Origin: Trichinella spiralis
Lineage: Eukaryota
Length of the DNA stretch: 64,000 nucleotides
Assembly: GCF_000181795.1 (NCBI RefSeq)
Contig: NW_003526948.1
Span: 1,315,444 to 1,379,443 of the forward strand
Direction: 5' to 3'
The notes beneath the pieces are model-generated. The model searched no databases and had not been told where the DNA came from. It saw nothing but the letters and a program-made list of their open reading frames with translations. Shown here piece by piece: positions 1 to 12,411 of the stretch. Positions within the stretch are counted from its first letter, which is position 1, and each line of letters starts with the position of its first letter. Both the position numbers and the translations under genes were made by a program.

Positions 1-523
1 TGTGCCGTTGAAGAAATCACAAGATACAATCTGACAGTGGAATATTTCGAATTCACCAATGATGACCTGTGATAAATAGTCTATAATGGAAAATCAAGTT
101 GCTTTTGACTTGTTTGTCAGATTGATTGGTCAAACATGTTAACCGGTTACTGTTGCAGATCATCATTTCCTTGCTTTGACGTGTGCAACTTTCAGGTCAT
201 ATGCCTTTTCCCCCGTTTGCACAGATAATATGCAAACATTTTTGATAAAAATTTAACAAACAACAAATTTTGCAAAAGCAATTCACATCTATACCATATA
301 TGCATATGTTTTTCAACATCAATGAAGATATTAATCCCTTTGATCAGTTTCGAAATAATTAATATATTATAATTTTTGTATTTTTTAAATTATGTATTTT
401 AATAATGTTAATTTCCTCGAGTTGTTGATGTTTTATTTTATATGCTTTAAAATTGAATGATGAAAACATTTTTTTTCCTTCTCGAACCCCTTTACCGAGT
501 CCTGATAGCGTTGAATGTTTTAG

Positions 524-1635
524 CCTGAAGGCGAAGACGAATTGAAGCGTAAGCAATTGATGGAACTTGCAATTATCAATGGAACATATCGTCCAACTAA
601 TCAAAGCAAGAACACACTACGTAAATTATCCTTTTATTTATTTAATTCAATTTATTTTTGCAACATTTCTATAAATTTCCATATTTTCAGCTGTACTATT
701 ATTAATTGTACTTCAAACATTGTATTGCATACAAGTGTTGACGGCATTTGCGAAAAGTTTTCAATTTTTCCTCCATTTTAGAACTTCCTCGTATTTTGAA
801 TCCATTGGGATTAACTTCATCGTTGCGTACATCAACACTCGGCGCACCAATTATTCTTTCACCTCCTCGATTAGGTGCAACCGGAGCTCCTGGGCAATTA
901 GCATCAGTATCTGCATTGCTTGCCAATTCTGCTGCTCCGGACGTTTCTGGTGCATCTACTGGTTTGCTGTATAAGTGTGTTTTTAATTTTTATTTCTTTA
1001 AATTACCAAAATTTCAACAAACACATCTTCTATTTTTGTATATTATGTTGAAAGTATTTTTCTACAATAGCGTTTGTTTCATTGAAATAACTATACAATT
1101 GCTAGAAATTTTACGATCTCATTAAATAAGGTTTTTTTTGTTCTTCATTTTCGAAATAGTAATTTCCTATAGAACTGCACTTTCGGTGCATTATAATTAA
1201 ATTTAATTGTATAATTTTAATGTATTTGAATTCTGGTTTTACATATATTGTTGTTGTACTGTTGTTTAGTGACATGTAGGGAACATTTGTTGATAATTTC
1301 CTAATATAAAAATGGAATGCAGTACTAATTACCAGTACTGTAAATGAAATTATGTTATTCTTTGCTTGGAATTAATTTCCAGTAATTCGAAGTAGAATTT
1401 TTGTCATTTGTAAAAAGACGAGTTTCGTTAATGTTTTAATCTGTGTGTTCAAGTTCATCTTACAGTATGCTTGATTTATTATTGCACAAATGTTGTTTTT
1501 TTCCATTATTTTAGTCCAGTTGATCCGTCTCTTGCTGCAGCTGCTGCCTATCAGTATGCGACGGCTCTGGCATCGCCACTGTTTTCAACCGATTTTCAAG
1601 CATTTGAATATCCACCTGGTCAGTTGCTAGCATAA
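524..1635 (+). CDS. STAR protein short isoform (read-through of the donor at 1619, ending EYPPGQLLA*)
   Basis: If GT at 1619-1620 is not used, the frame ends GGT CAG TTG CTA GCA TAA (stop 1633-1635). This parallels short QKI/HOW isoforms that lack the HPY NLS. Usage is inferred. Confidence 0.5.
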
Positions 1636-2524
1636 TGAAGGATTGACATTAGAAGTAGCTTGTGTATAGCTGGATATTTTATTTATTATTTTTTTGTTCG
1701 GTGCTTATTGCATTTTTTCACAATTGATTGATTTATGAGAGCATCGACTGTGAAGAGATTCCAAAGTTTGTTTATTTATTTATTATTTTTCCCCTTTGTT
1801 ACAGTATTTTGAGAACAATTCATTTCTGTGAACATTTTGTTGAAATGCTCAAATTCAATGTTGTCCTCCAGTGCTTGTAGCTGTACAGCGGGCACATCAC
1901 TTGTAATGTGGAATGGTCAAGCACTTGATTTTCAGGTTTTATGAATGTATTTTTCTCAAAGTCGCATTTCTTTTTTCTTTTGTTTCTGCTTGTTCGCTTA
2001 ATTGTGTTTTCAAGCAGCTTCAGTGCAACTTTATGTGAATTTGATTTTTTCTGTTTTTTTCATTATAGAAATTACATTCAATTATCATCATCATTGTGTT
2101 TCGTTTTTTGTTTGTTTTCATTTTTTGCTTTGTTTGTTTGTTTTTCATTTTCTTTTTGTAGATCATTCTCATTTGGAGAATGAAATTATGCAGCTTTACC
2201 GATAAAAGTACTTTTTGAATTGTATTTTATATGTGTTTCAATTTTCAGTTTCTTTTCAATGCATGCGCACAAATAGTGATTCACATACATACATACATAC
2301 ATACATATATATGTATTCAGCGTTTGCAGATTAGTTATCCAGTTTGTTTGTGTTTGCTTGCTTTGCTTGCTTGCTTGCTTGTTTGTTGCTTTCTGGAAAA
2401 TATACAACTAATTGTGTATTATCAATTTTCTTATGCAGGGGTAATTTTGAATCACCGAAGAAGCGCTGGGCTGGTGAGGGATCATCCATACAAGCGATCT
2501 TCTCTGAATTCACCCTCAGCTTGA
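524..2524 (+). CDS. STAR-family KH RNA-binding protein (Quaking/held-out-wings/ASD-2/GLD-1 family), 3' portion; long isoform with RDHPY tail; 5' exons lie upstream of the window
   Basis: Exons 524-620, 782-974, 1515-1618, 2439-2524, all GT-AG and phase-consistent. They encode the QUA2 signature PEGEDELKRKQLMELAIINGTYRP, a Pro/Ala-rich region (GAPIILSPP), a Tyr-rich tail (GLLYNP..AYQY..FEYPP) and the C-terminus GVILNHRRSAGLVRDHPYKRSSLNSPSA*, similar to QKI-5 RVHPYQR and HOW(L). asd-2 versus gld-1 orthology cannot be resolved here. Confidence 0.9.
2284..2390 (+). repeat. (CATA)n microsatellite followed by a (TGCT)n / YGCY cluster in the intron upstream of the HPY exon
   Basis: CATA repeats at 2284-2307; seven TGCT copies between 2355 and 2390. 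Confidence 0.85.
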
Positions 2525-5500
2525 AAAGGTGAGGTTGGTAATATATATATATATGTATATATATCTGTTGTAATTCTGTTAAAAATTGCTCAATAATTTT
2601 TGTGCAGTAAACATTATGAACATTATTACAGGATTCACTTTATGAAAACAATTACATTTTGGACTTTTCTAAAATTTAAACTTAATTATTATCATTTTAA
2701 ATATGCACTGTGAGTACTGGTGTGCTATTTTCAATGTAAGATGCGTGATAATAATAATAATAATAGGATATGGTAATTTGTGCATAATGAGAGTTTTATT
2801 TAACTGGAGCAGTTGAGATCTTTTTTTCCGTTTTTTTGTGCACTTTTGAACACAAACAAAACGATCGATTTCGGATTTTGTTTCATTTAAATTTTCAATA
2901 ATAAGCGAAAAACCTTACTGATATTGAGAAAGTGACTTTTATTTTTTGAAATGATGCTGAAAAGGGTGCTGTTTGTTTTATTATTTCTAATGGAGCACTG
3001 CTAAAATATGTTATTTTTCCTTTCTAACTGTTTCTTTATTCTATTACACTAATTTTTTTATACTCTTTCGTACTAATGTATGTTCTCTTTTTCAAGATAC
3101 GGAACACTAACCGTCGTAGTGTGGCTTACTCTAATCGTCAACAGCATATGGCTCACATGTAGACTAATAAATTTTGATTCGTCTTGCGTTATATTCTACG
3201 ACTGCAGTTCTGAAAAAAAAATTATTTTCCATTGCATACTACTTTAAACCTTTTCCCAGGTGGAGTGTGCATCGCCTTGTCATTTCTTTTTTGCTGGGTT
3301 CCCATTTGTTGTTTTAACAGCATTGCTTCCGAACGTCCCCTTGCTGTTTATTGTCTTTGTCTGTGTAATCATAATTTTTGATTTATCACTAATTTTTTCT
3401 CATTGCACTGTAGTTGAATTGAACTTTTCTCTGTATATTCAGCTTCAGCTCATAAATTTGTCACCCAGGTGAACTGTTCTTTTTCAATATGCCTACTACA
3501 GACATACGTACGTACAAACATTCACAAATGCGTCTATCTATCCGTTTTTCCGTCCGTAAATACACACGTATGCAGTTCAGGCTTATTAACAGGTACGACG
3601 AGTGCCAAATTAGTCCCTGCTTTTTTAATAGTGCCTTCTTATTGATGATAATTGAATTTATTTTTCCTGTTTTCCTCTTTGTTTTTATTTTGAATACCAT
3701 TTGCTGTTAACAACAAAATTATTTATTTTAGCAGTACTAATGCTTATTAGGCTAATTTTTTGCTGCGCTTGCTTTCATCATTTGGTCAAGAAATATCACG
3801 CCTTAACATGAAATGTGATGACTTTCTTCGCTTGGTGTGTTGTTGTTGTTTATCATGAATATCCAAATTACCAATTCCACGTCTATGTAGGCAAAAAGGC
3901 ATCAACAGATGCCATATTTTATAACTTGGAAGCATTGCATGATCAGAAACCATTTTTGCTACTAATTGATGCCGGCGTTATTATTGTTTGCATTTTTGAT
4001 ACGGTGTCTTTTTTCATTCATTTCGAATTAAAAATTCTTTTCAAATATATATATTATATATATATATATGTATGTATACATGTGCGTTCATTGATTTATT
4101 AAGTTATTTAATTATTCATGTAAACAATTATTAAGCAGATAATGAAAACTTTTTCAAAATAATAATACTTTGCAACCATTGGTGATAGAAATTCAAATAA
4201 TACATTTTATGACTGAAAATGAAACTTTTACAGTAAAAATTTTCAATCAGTGATACTTTGTTGAAGAATTTTATGCACAATTGCGCTTCCATTCATAAGT
4301 TTGGCAAAAAGATACAAATTAATGCGAATTTTGTAACATTACAAAAATTCAGGTAAGATTTTTGTACAAATTAAAAAAATGCCAGTAATGGGATACAAAA
4401 AAGAAATTTATTCGTGCAGTAAGAGTCAATGCGGAAACTGAAAAAAAATTTAATTGAACGCATAACGTAGATGCAAAATTACAAAACGAAACGAGCACAA
4501 CAGTAAGTTACAGTAATCCATGATTTGGTGTTCGAAATATTAAAAAACAACTATTTTTTAATTAAAGATGGATACTGGTGCCATAAAAGTTTGCCATTTT
4601 GAACGTATTAAAAATGATGTTTAAATTGGTTGAAGGCGAAAAGTTGATGCCAAAAAATTGACTATTGTGAAAGGTGCCGGCTGTTTAGATTGACGAAAAA
4701 GCTGTGACATGAAAAATTGTTCTGCATGCCATTTTCCGGCATTGTATCATTTGACCAGTGAATAAAAAAGGCCAAACAATTTTTATGTTGCCTAATTCAA
4801 AGAACTTTGCGTGATAAAGTATTCCACGATTCGGTGCACTTTACCAACTAGAAGCGTCCATCATCAGTTCAGTAAAGCAGAAATTAGTTCATCCAGATCC
4901 AGTGGTGCTGACATTAGTAATTTACAGTCAATTACCAGATTTACATGCAACTGCGCTGTCAAAAATATGAACTGAGTATCAAGAAAATTGCTTTTAATTT
5001 AAAAAAAAAGAACTTTGAATTATATTCCATTCATATTATCCCATTTATTTGAGTTCAATCAGAATGATGCAAATTTTTAATTTTTATGTCTACCTTTCTG
5101 AAATAATTTGCTTTGTTGTCAAACAACTATATTCACATTCTCATTCATTTCCAGAATTGCGCTGCGTCAGCTCAGTTCATCATAAATAAATTTAATTGTA
5201 TAAAATTAAATGTTTATTAAATATAAAAAACAAAAGCAACTGTTAAATTTATCCGAATGCTAGAAAAAATTACACGACATCCTAAGTTTTATTAAATTAC
5301 AGTAGGATGTTGCCGTTGTTGTTGTTGCTCAAGATTGTGTTTGAGTGTGAAGTGTAAGTTGGTTTTTGCTCTCTTACAGTTCTTTTTTTTTCTGAATAAT
5401 TTTATTTTGTTTACTAATGCACAAGTTTATTAAATTTTTATTATTTCTTTGTGTTTCAGCTTTTGCGTGAAAATTTATCTGAAAATGTAAATATTCTTTT

Positions 5501-5622
5501 TCTTTAAAGGAAACAGTTGATTCATAGAATTTTTTCAGTATGACTAAATTTACACTTTCATTATTTATCAGTGATATTCCGTTTTTTGTTATTCTCCGTT
5601 ATTTGTTTCAGGTTGTTTGAGC

Positions 5623-6687
5623 ATGCTTAATCGCTGGCTCTCTGCTAAATGGAACAAGGCAGAGGTGAGTGAAGCTAGTGGTATTGAAAGCAGTGAATTT
5701 GTTGGAAATGAAGCGAATTCAACTAAAGAAACCAAAAAGTTTGATGTTTGTAAGTTGTAAGGTGAGTGATTTTTTTAAACTTGTGAAATTATCCGTTATA
5801 GGGAATGTGCTGAATGAAGCGAAGAAGTTTTTGGTCTCTAGTGGCAGTGAAGTTGAAAATATTTTGAAACGAAAGGTGCGTCATTCTTTCATCTAATAAT
5901 TACTATTGTTATCTTATTTTTTCAGTGAAAATGGTTTACTTGTGTCTTTTGTTTTTTAGGCAGAGAATTTTGTCATGCGAAGTCAGGAAAATACGAACAG
6001 TGTGGCAGTTTCATTTTGGGATGGTCTTGAAAATGAGTTTCTGGTGAAAAAGCAAATAATGTCATTGTCGTTGGACGAAGAAGCGTTTTTGCGTGCACCT
6101 CCCATTGGCACAGAATTCTCTTTTGATTTTGATTCCTATGTATCGCAAGCTGAAGCTGCTCTTAAAGCGGATCCAAATTTGGAGAATATACGCTTTCGTT
6201 TGGTGCCAAGAAAGTACAGTTTTAGGCTTTTTTACTCTTTATTTACAGCATGCAATGGTTATTTTTTTTAGAATAAAAGAAGAGGACTTTTGGCGAAATT
6301 ATTTTTACAGAGTTCATCTCGTGAGAAGTAATGCTGCCGCTGCAGCAGAATTGGCAACGCCTGTGGAAGCTGCAGAGGGTATTTGAAAATGTTTATAAAA
6401 ATATCATGTCAAATCCGATAAGTACTTTTTTCATCTGTTTTTGAATTAACGTTATTTAAAATAAAATGATTTGCATTTATATGTAAGTTCAATTTCTAAC
6501 TTGGTACACGTTGTTAGATGCTAAGACGGAAGAGAAGAAAAGTGAGGAAACGGCAGATATTGAAGAAGAACTCGAGGATGAGGACTTGTCCGTGGATGAA
6601 AAAGGAAGACCTGTGCTAGATTCGTGTGATTTCGATTTGCTTGGCGATGCCTGGGAAGAAGAGATTCAGCGCATGTTAAACGAATGA
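5623..6687 (+). CDS. SYAP1: BSD-domain protein, synapse-associated protein 1 (SYAP1/Sap47) homologue
   Basis: Exons 5623-5749, 5802-5875, 5960-6213, 6272-6378, 6518-6687, phase-consistent. The motif [60 protein letters not shown] matches the SYAP1 BSD region (LVPK.[13 protein letters not shown]). Acidic C-terminus ends WEEEIQRMLNE*. Confidence 0.88.
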
Positions 6688-8534
6688 AGTTGCACTGTTT
6701 GCTTATTTATACAAAGTGACTAAACTTGTGCATATTATTTTGATGAAGGATATAGATGTAGAACAGATTATTCAAAGTGAAATAAAATGGCTCTGATATG
6801 TTTATACAAAACTGATGATTTGTAAATGAACATTTTTTAAATAGAAAACTGTTATCATTTTAAACACAATTAATTATATGTGTCAAAACATTTATGTTGA
6901 AACGTGTTTTGTTTGAAAAAATACTGAATGCATTTCAAAGCTCATTTTGAATAGAATAACTTTAAAATTTCACAATGTATAATAAAATGTTATTAACTTG
7001 TAAATTTAATGACATTTTTTGGAATGAAAAAATTGTATTACAGTAATCTTGCATTTAAAGTATGAAAGGTACAACTAATGCTGTAAGCCTGAACTGCGTG
7101 CTCCAGTATAAAATTCGATCGGTTTTTGGTTTAATTAGACCATAAGAAACCATTAATATACATTCAAATGCATGCTTTGCAAATAAAATTCTAAGAAAAT
7201 GAATGCTTGAAAATACTTTAGCCAGCTGCTTTCGAATAATGTGATTCAAAATTCTTTTCTGTAGACTGATAATAAAATGATAAACTCAAATATTCATAAA
7301 TAATAAAAAGTTTTTGTAGAGTTTTTAACTGAAATTTAATTTGGTTTTTTGTTTGTAAAAATATTCTAAATAAAATTAGGTACCTGAGCAACATTTTCAA
7401 ATTTAAAATTCTGTATTCAGATTATGTAGGTCAATTTGAATTGAAATGGTAAAAATGAATGTCAGTTATTTAAATTAGTTAAAAAATAAATAAAAACAAA
7501 ATCATGCATTTACCGATATTATGCAATAAGTTAATAAATAAATAAATTGAAACGTGACTTTTTGAGTTTCATTGATTTTTACTGGAAATGGTATTGATTT
7601 TCTATCATAAAGATTTGTATTGAAGTAGTTGTCATGTTCATAAAAGTAGACGTTGAATGCAACAATTTTATATTTAATAATTCAAAATTGACGCACTTTT
7701 AAATGATGCAAAAAATGTTTAAAATCCATCTCATTGTCCAATTTATTGTATTTACGTAATGATTGACGTATTGCAATCATTTTTATTGCTATTTTTTTAG
7801 ATAATTTTTTTCTTTCTGCTATGTTTTACAATTAGAATAGCACGTTTTTAGTGTGTTTTGTCATGAAGATCTGTGATTAATTTTCAATTAGTCATCATTT
7901 TGAACATGAATATTTGACAATTCGACGATTTATCGTCTTTATCATTCATTATTTTCGACAAGTAAGTAGATATTTATTTTATTTTATTTTATTTATATTC
8001 ATACAATGTGCACGAACTTGTTTATAATAGAATAGCTTTTAAAATTAATTATATATATATATGAAATATTTTGGGAAATTTTTGTTTATTTTTGTATTTC
8101 AAAATTCAGTATTATTTTGTTTTTCTGATTCAACTAATACATTGCATGCAGTAATGATAAGTGATGCGTAATTGATTATATTGATGCTTGTATTTGCATT
8201 TGATTTGTATTTCAGTTAATATAAGATTGAAATGAAAGGTGAAATGAATAATTGACAATGTTCATATTATGCAAATATATGAATTCATTAAATTGTTATC
8301 AATACTAATTTCTGAACCGTTACTTATACATGAACGTTGAAATAAAGCATGCAATTTTTCTCACTGGAAAGCGTTTACAAATGTTTTGATAAAGTATTTT
8401 AGTTTTTGTTAGTGTTGGTTGATTTTAAACAGCCTGCACGAAAAAAGCTCGAATAACATTATATTATAATATATTAGCTGCCAGTTCAGCAATATGACAA
8501 TGAGGTTTAATCGATTTTCCCATGTAGTAATGAA

Positions 8535-8585
8535 AGTAGTAGTAATAGTAGTAGTAGTAGTAGTAGTAGTAGTAGCAGTAGCAGT
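8535..8585. repeat. (AGT)n microsatellite
   Basis: AGT/AGC triplet run seen directly. Confidence 0.9.
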
Positions 8586-8932
8586 TTCTAATACTAATAG
8601 TTATTGACAGATGTGTTCAAAGGAAAATTTGGGAGTTTAGTAGTAAAAAATTGTTTGACTAAAAATTTCAAATGTTAATGTTTTCAGTGAACGTTGAGTA
8701 GAGGAATAAGAGAATGAATGAAATTTATAATTTCTTCAAATGATCAGTCCATTAGATGGTTAAAGTATTTTTCAATATTCGCATCATGATTATATATTAT
8801 AAAATAAAATGAGAAACTCTCGCTATTTTCAGATGAGAGAACTAACTGATCCAGTCGAGTAGAGTTGAGTTGAATGTGTTGGAACGTTAAACATGTAGTT
8901 TTGCTGAGGACGAATTGTGTCTGATTGATTAG

Positions 8933-9021
8933 CAGCTGGAAAAGTTGAGCAACCTTCTTCCCCTTCGAATAAGCAAGCAGCTGTGCTGTTAGTGGTAATA
9001 TGCGATGTGTTTACTCAGCTG
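8933..9021. promoter_or_regulatory. Cluster of three CAGCTG E-boxes (putative HLH-1/MyoD muscle enhancer) upstream of unc-95
   Basis: CAGCTG at 8933-8938, 8978-8983 and 9016-9021, about 160-250 nt upstream of the unc-95 ATG. Function is inferred. Confidence 0.5.
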
Positions 9022-9184
9022 AAGTCAATACGAATTGTGCTAACACTAGTAAGCAAGTTTTCTTGAACTTGAAGCTTGAACTTCAGTGAAAAAGTAAATT
9101 TCAGGAAGCTTGATTTTTTAATTTACATTTAAAAATGCATCTGCAAATTTCACAAAAATTCAAATCCATATCTACTTGCAGGCT

Positions 9185-12100
9185 ATGACTACAGTAAAAA
9201 CGACGAACAGTTATTATTATGAAGAAACTTCTCAATCGTCTCCAGTTCGACCGCCGAGACGTTCCAAAAATGTCACCCATAAGCAAATGAACCAAATATT
9301 AGATGAAGTTAAATCAGAACAAGGTAAAATATAAATGTTTTTTTTGTCTTAATTAAAAACATGTTTGCAAGGTTCTTTTAAATGAATAGTTTTTATATTT
9401 AAATTCAATCAATAGTACTTTCATCGGTAATAAAATCTGAATTGCATTTCTGAGACTGTTACAGCTTGTAGCAACAACCTGCTGTATTTGACTGAGCTCG
9501 AGTTTTTATGAAAATTCATCATTTGAATATTATTTTGGAGATTCTTGTCAAGTTTCAATTAATAATGAATATTTGAGTTAAATGATAAATAAGTTATTCA
9601 CAATTAGACAACAGAATATGATAAATACTTCAAGAAGTGCTGAAGTTTGTTTAAACAATGCAGCATTGATTTGTACAAGCTTTAATAATTATTTCAAGCA
9701 TTGTAATTTTTTTAAATTAAAAGTAAAGTAATAAAAGTAAAAGTGAAATGGCAATCCTTTTTGCAATATAAATGTAAAAAAATTACTGTTTTGCATTTTC
9801 AATCAATAATGGTGCATTCACAGTGGGTATGTTTTTAGTAGAATGAATTATTTTCATATATTTATCAATATGGGGTAGCTTTTTCCCTTTAAAATTGAAA
9901 AACCATTAGCATGGAGGTAGACGGTTAGCTTGAAAGCAAACAGGTGTTTATATTAGCATTTCAAATCACGTTTTGACGTCAGTGTTTGGAAATTTTAAAC
10001 TAATTTGTTTTCTTGCTTTTGCTTAGATAAAAACGTAAAAAAGCGAACTTCAAAAACGATTGATTTCACTTCTACTGAAAACAATATATTAAAATTGTGA
10101 TTATAGGATAGTATTCTCTCTTTTTTTTTGCTTTTATCATTTGCACGATTGTAAAATTTTTTGAAAAATAAAATTTGAAAGGCTTTAAATTGAAAAATAA
10201 GAATACTTCCGTCTTGGTAAACATTGGTAGCAAAAATCAATTGGAAAAATAATTTTATTTTTGTTGTTTCTACAGAAAATGTTATTTTCACAGTTTTCTT
10301 CTTCTTATTATTATTAATAAATATGACTCCAAATTAATAATCTTAAAAAGCGGTCGATTTGCTTAGTCATTTATGTTTAATACCAGCTATTATTATACTT
10401 TTATGCATTTTGAAAATTGAATAATTGTATCAAATTACCAAGAAAATGTTGCAAATTATATTAATATCCAGTAATGCATGTTTGAAAATGTTCTGAAATG
10501 AATGCAAAAAGTTTTTGCCTTTTTTAAACTTTGTTTTATACCATATTTCAATATATATACTTTTATGTGATATATTCTTCACATATATTGAAATGGTTTG
10601 AATATTTAGAAAAAAATGTGGTTATCGATACATTAGCAGCGTTGGTTACTGATGTCAATGCTACAGCTCAAGTACTACGAAGATCAGTATCTCGTACACG
10701 ACTTGAAGAGGTAAATCATTTTCTCTTACTTTTCAATATTACTAACTGCTACTGATACTACTAGATAATCTAGAAGGGATGGTTAGAAGCAAATTTTATT
10801 CAAACATGCTTAAAGGAAAATATTTCAATAAATTAAAAATTTTCGATCATGGAAACCAATTGCTGCTTGAGACTATATATAACTATACAAAACATAATAA
10901 TCCATCACTGATTGCTGACGTTTAAGCTAAAGCCTCTGAAAGCTTTGGTACTCTATGGAAACTTGTGTTTGAATAAAACTGAACAAAGCTAACGGACAAT
11001 AAAGCTTTAAATAATTCTGACGAATAAATTCCAAGATTTATTATTCAAAATCTGCTACCATTCGATGATTCTTAACATAAATATTTTTAAGAAAATGAAA
11101 CTATAATTCTGATAATAAACAGATAATTTTTTTTCAGATTATGTTGAAACTTTATTATTTGTCAACTTAGCTGATTTAGTTTTGGAAACATTTTTTTTAG
11201 TATGATCGAGAAACTCCATTGTTGGATGTATCACGTTCAGATAGTACATTTGAACGACCACCTTCAACAGTTTGGGATAGACGAGGTCCTGAAGTTGAAT
11301 ATCATTTGTTGATTCACAGTCCCGCACATATGGATTACACAGATTCTCGTTATTCTCCTGCTGGAAGTCGAAAGCATGCGTGTAAGATTTAAGCTAAAAT
11401 GCTGTATTAAAAGTATACACCTAATACCACTCTTTACAGTATGAGAATAGTGATAAAAGTATAACATTATTCTTTGATATTAAAAAAAAATTTCGAATAA
11501 ATATTTTGAACAATATTTCTAGGGGATCAGGACAGTCAAAAAAGTGGAGCTCCATTTACTTCGATGGAGTAAGTAAACTACTTTTTAATGTGAAATCCTT
11601 TTTTTCATAATTCCACATAAATTCTAGTACTAAATTTAAAATGGTACATTGGATTGTGAAGCATATTTTCCTTTGCATAATCTTTTTGTCAACTATTCTG
11701 TTTCAGGAGCCTTAGTCGTGCAAGATCAGAGACTCCTTCCAGAAAAATAATCGTTTTAGAGGTAAATGATTAATGTGTGTGGGTGTATTTCATTTATATT
11801 TGTTCTTGAAGTTTTACTTATTTAGAAAGTTACAGAAATAAGCACCGAACTGTTTGTTAAATAAAATTTTAACATATATGCATTCTTTATTAGCGAACTT
11901 TTCATACTTGAAGTGACTCAATGTATATTAAATAATTCACATCTAGATTGCAAAGTTTATAATTTTATCACTAATAGTAATATTCATTAATAAAAGATTT
12001 CGTTATTGCATGCGATAATTTATATTTTTTTCTCATAAATTTTAAATTAGTTTTGTTATAATATTTTGAAGTAGAATGATGAACAGTATTTAAGAGTAAA

Positions 12101-12411
12101 TGTTTGGACTGAAAAATTTTACGAACCTTGTATTTGCAGTTATTTTTTTATATTTTTAGGAGCCGGTAAAATCTGCGTCACCAGTATGTGCTGCTTGCAA
12201 GCAGCCAATTTTAGGACCGTGCATTACAGCTTTGGCTCCAAATTCTACCAAAGCCCAAAAATACCATCCATCTCATTTTGTTTGTTCATATTGCATGAAA
12301 CCACTCAATCTGAAGGGAACCTACAGAGAACATGAAAGGAAACCGTACTGTCATGAATGTTTCTATCGACTTTACAGTGGTCACATCTACGAAACCACTT
12401 CTAAAATCTAA
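9185..12411 (+). CDS. unc-95: UNC-95 LIM-domain muscle dense-body/M-line protein (~257 aa)
   Basis: Exons 9185-9323, 10610-10710, 11201-11381, 11523-11568, 11707-11761, 12160-12411 total 774 nt in frame. Diagnostic UNC-95 motifs: [31 protein letters not shown], and a single C-terminal [51 protein letters not shown]. Confidence 0.9.

Noticed and set aside
702..926. Minus-strand 74-aa ORF MASNADTDAN...
   Set aside because: Antisense shadow of the STAR coding exon 782-974.
1941..4102. Several Phe/Leu/Cys-rich ORFs resembling membrane peptides
   Set aside because: Translations of T-rich intron/3'UTR sequence of the STAR gene, with no domain or codon signal.
4500..5000. Slightly GC-richer intergenic stretch that looked coding or miRNA-like
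   Set aside because: No sustained ORF, convincing hairpin or recognisable mature miRNA.
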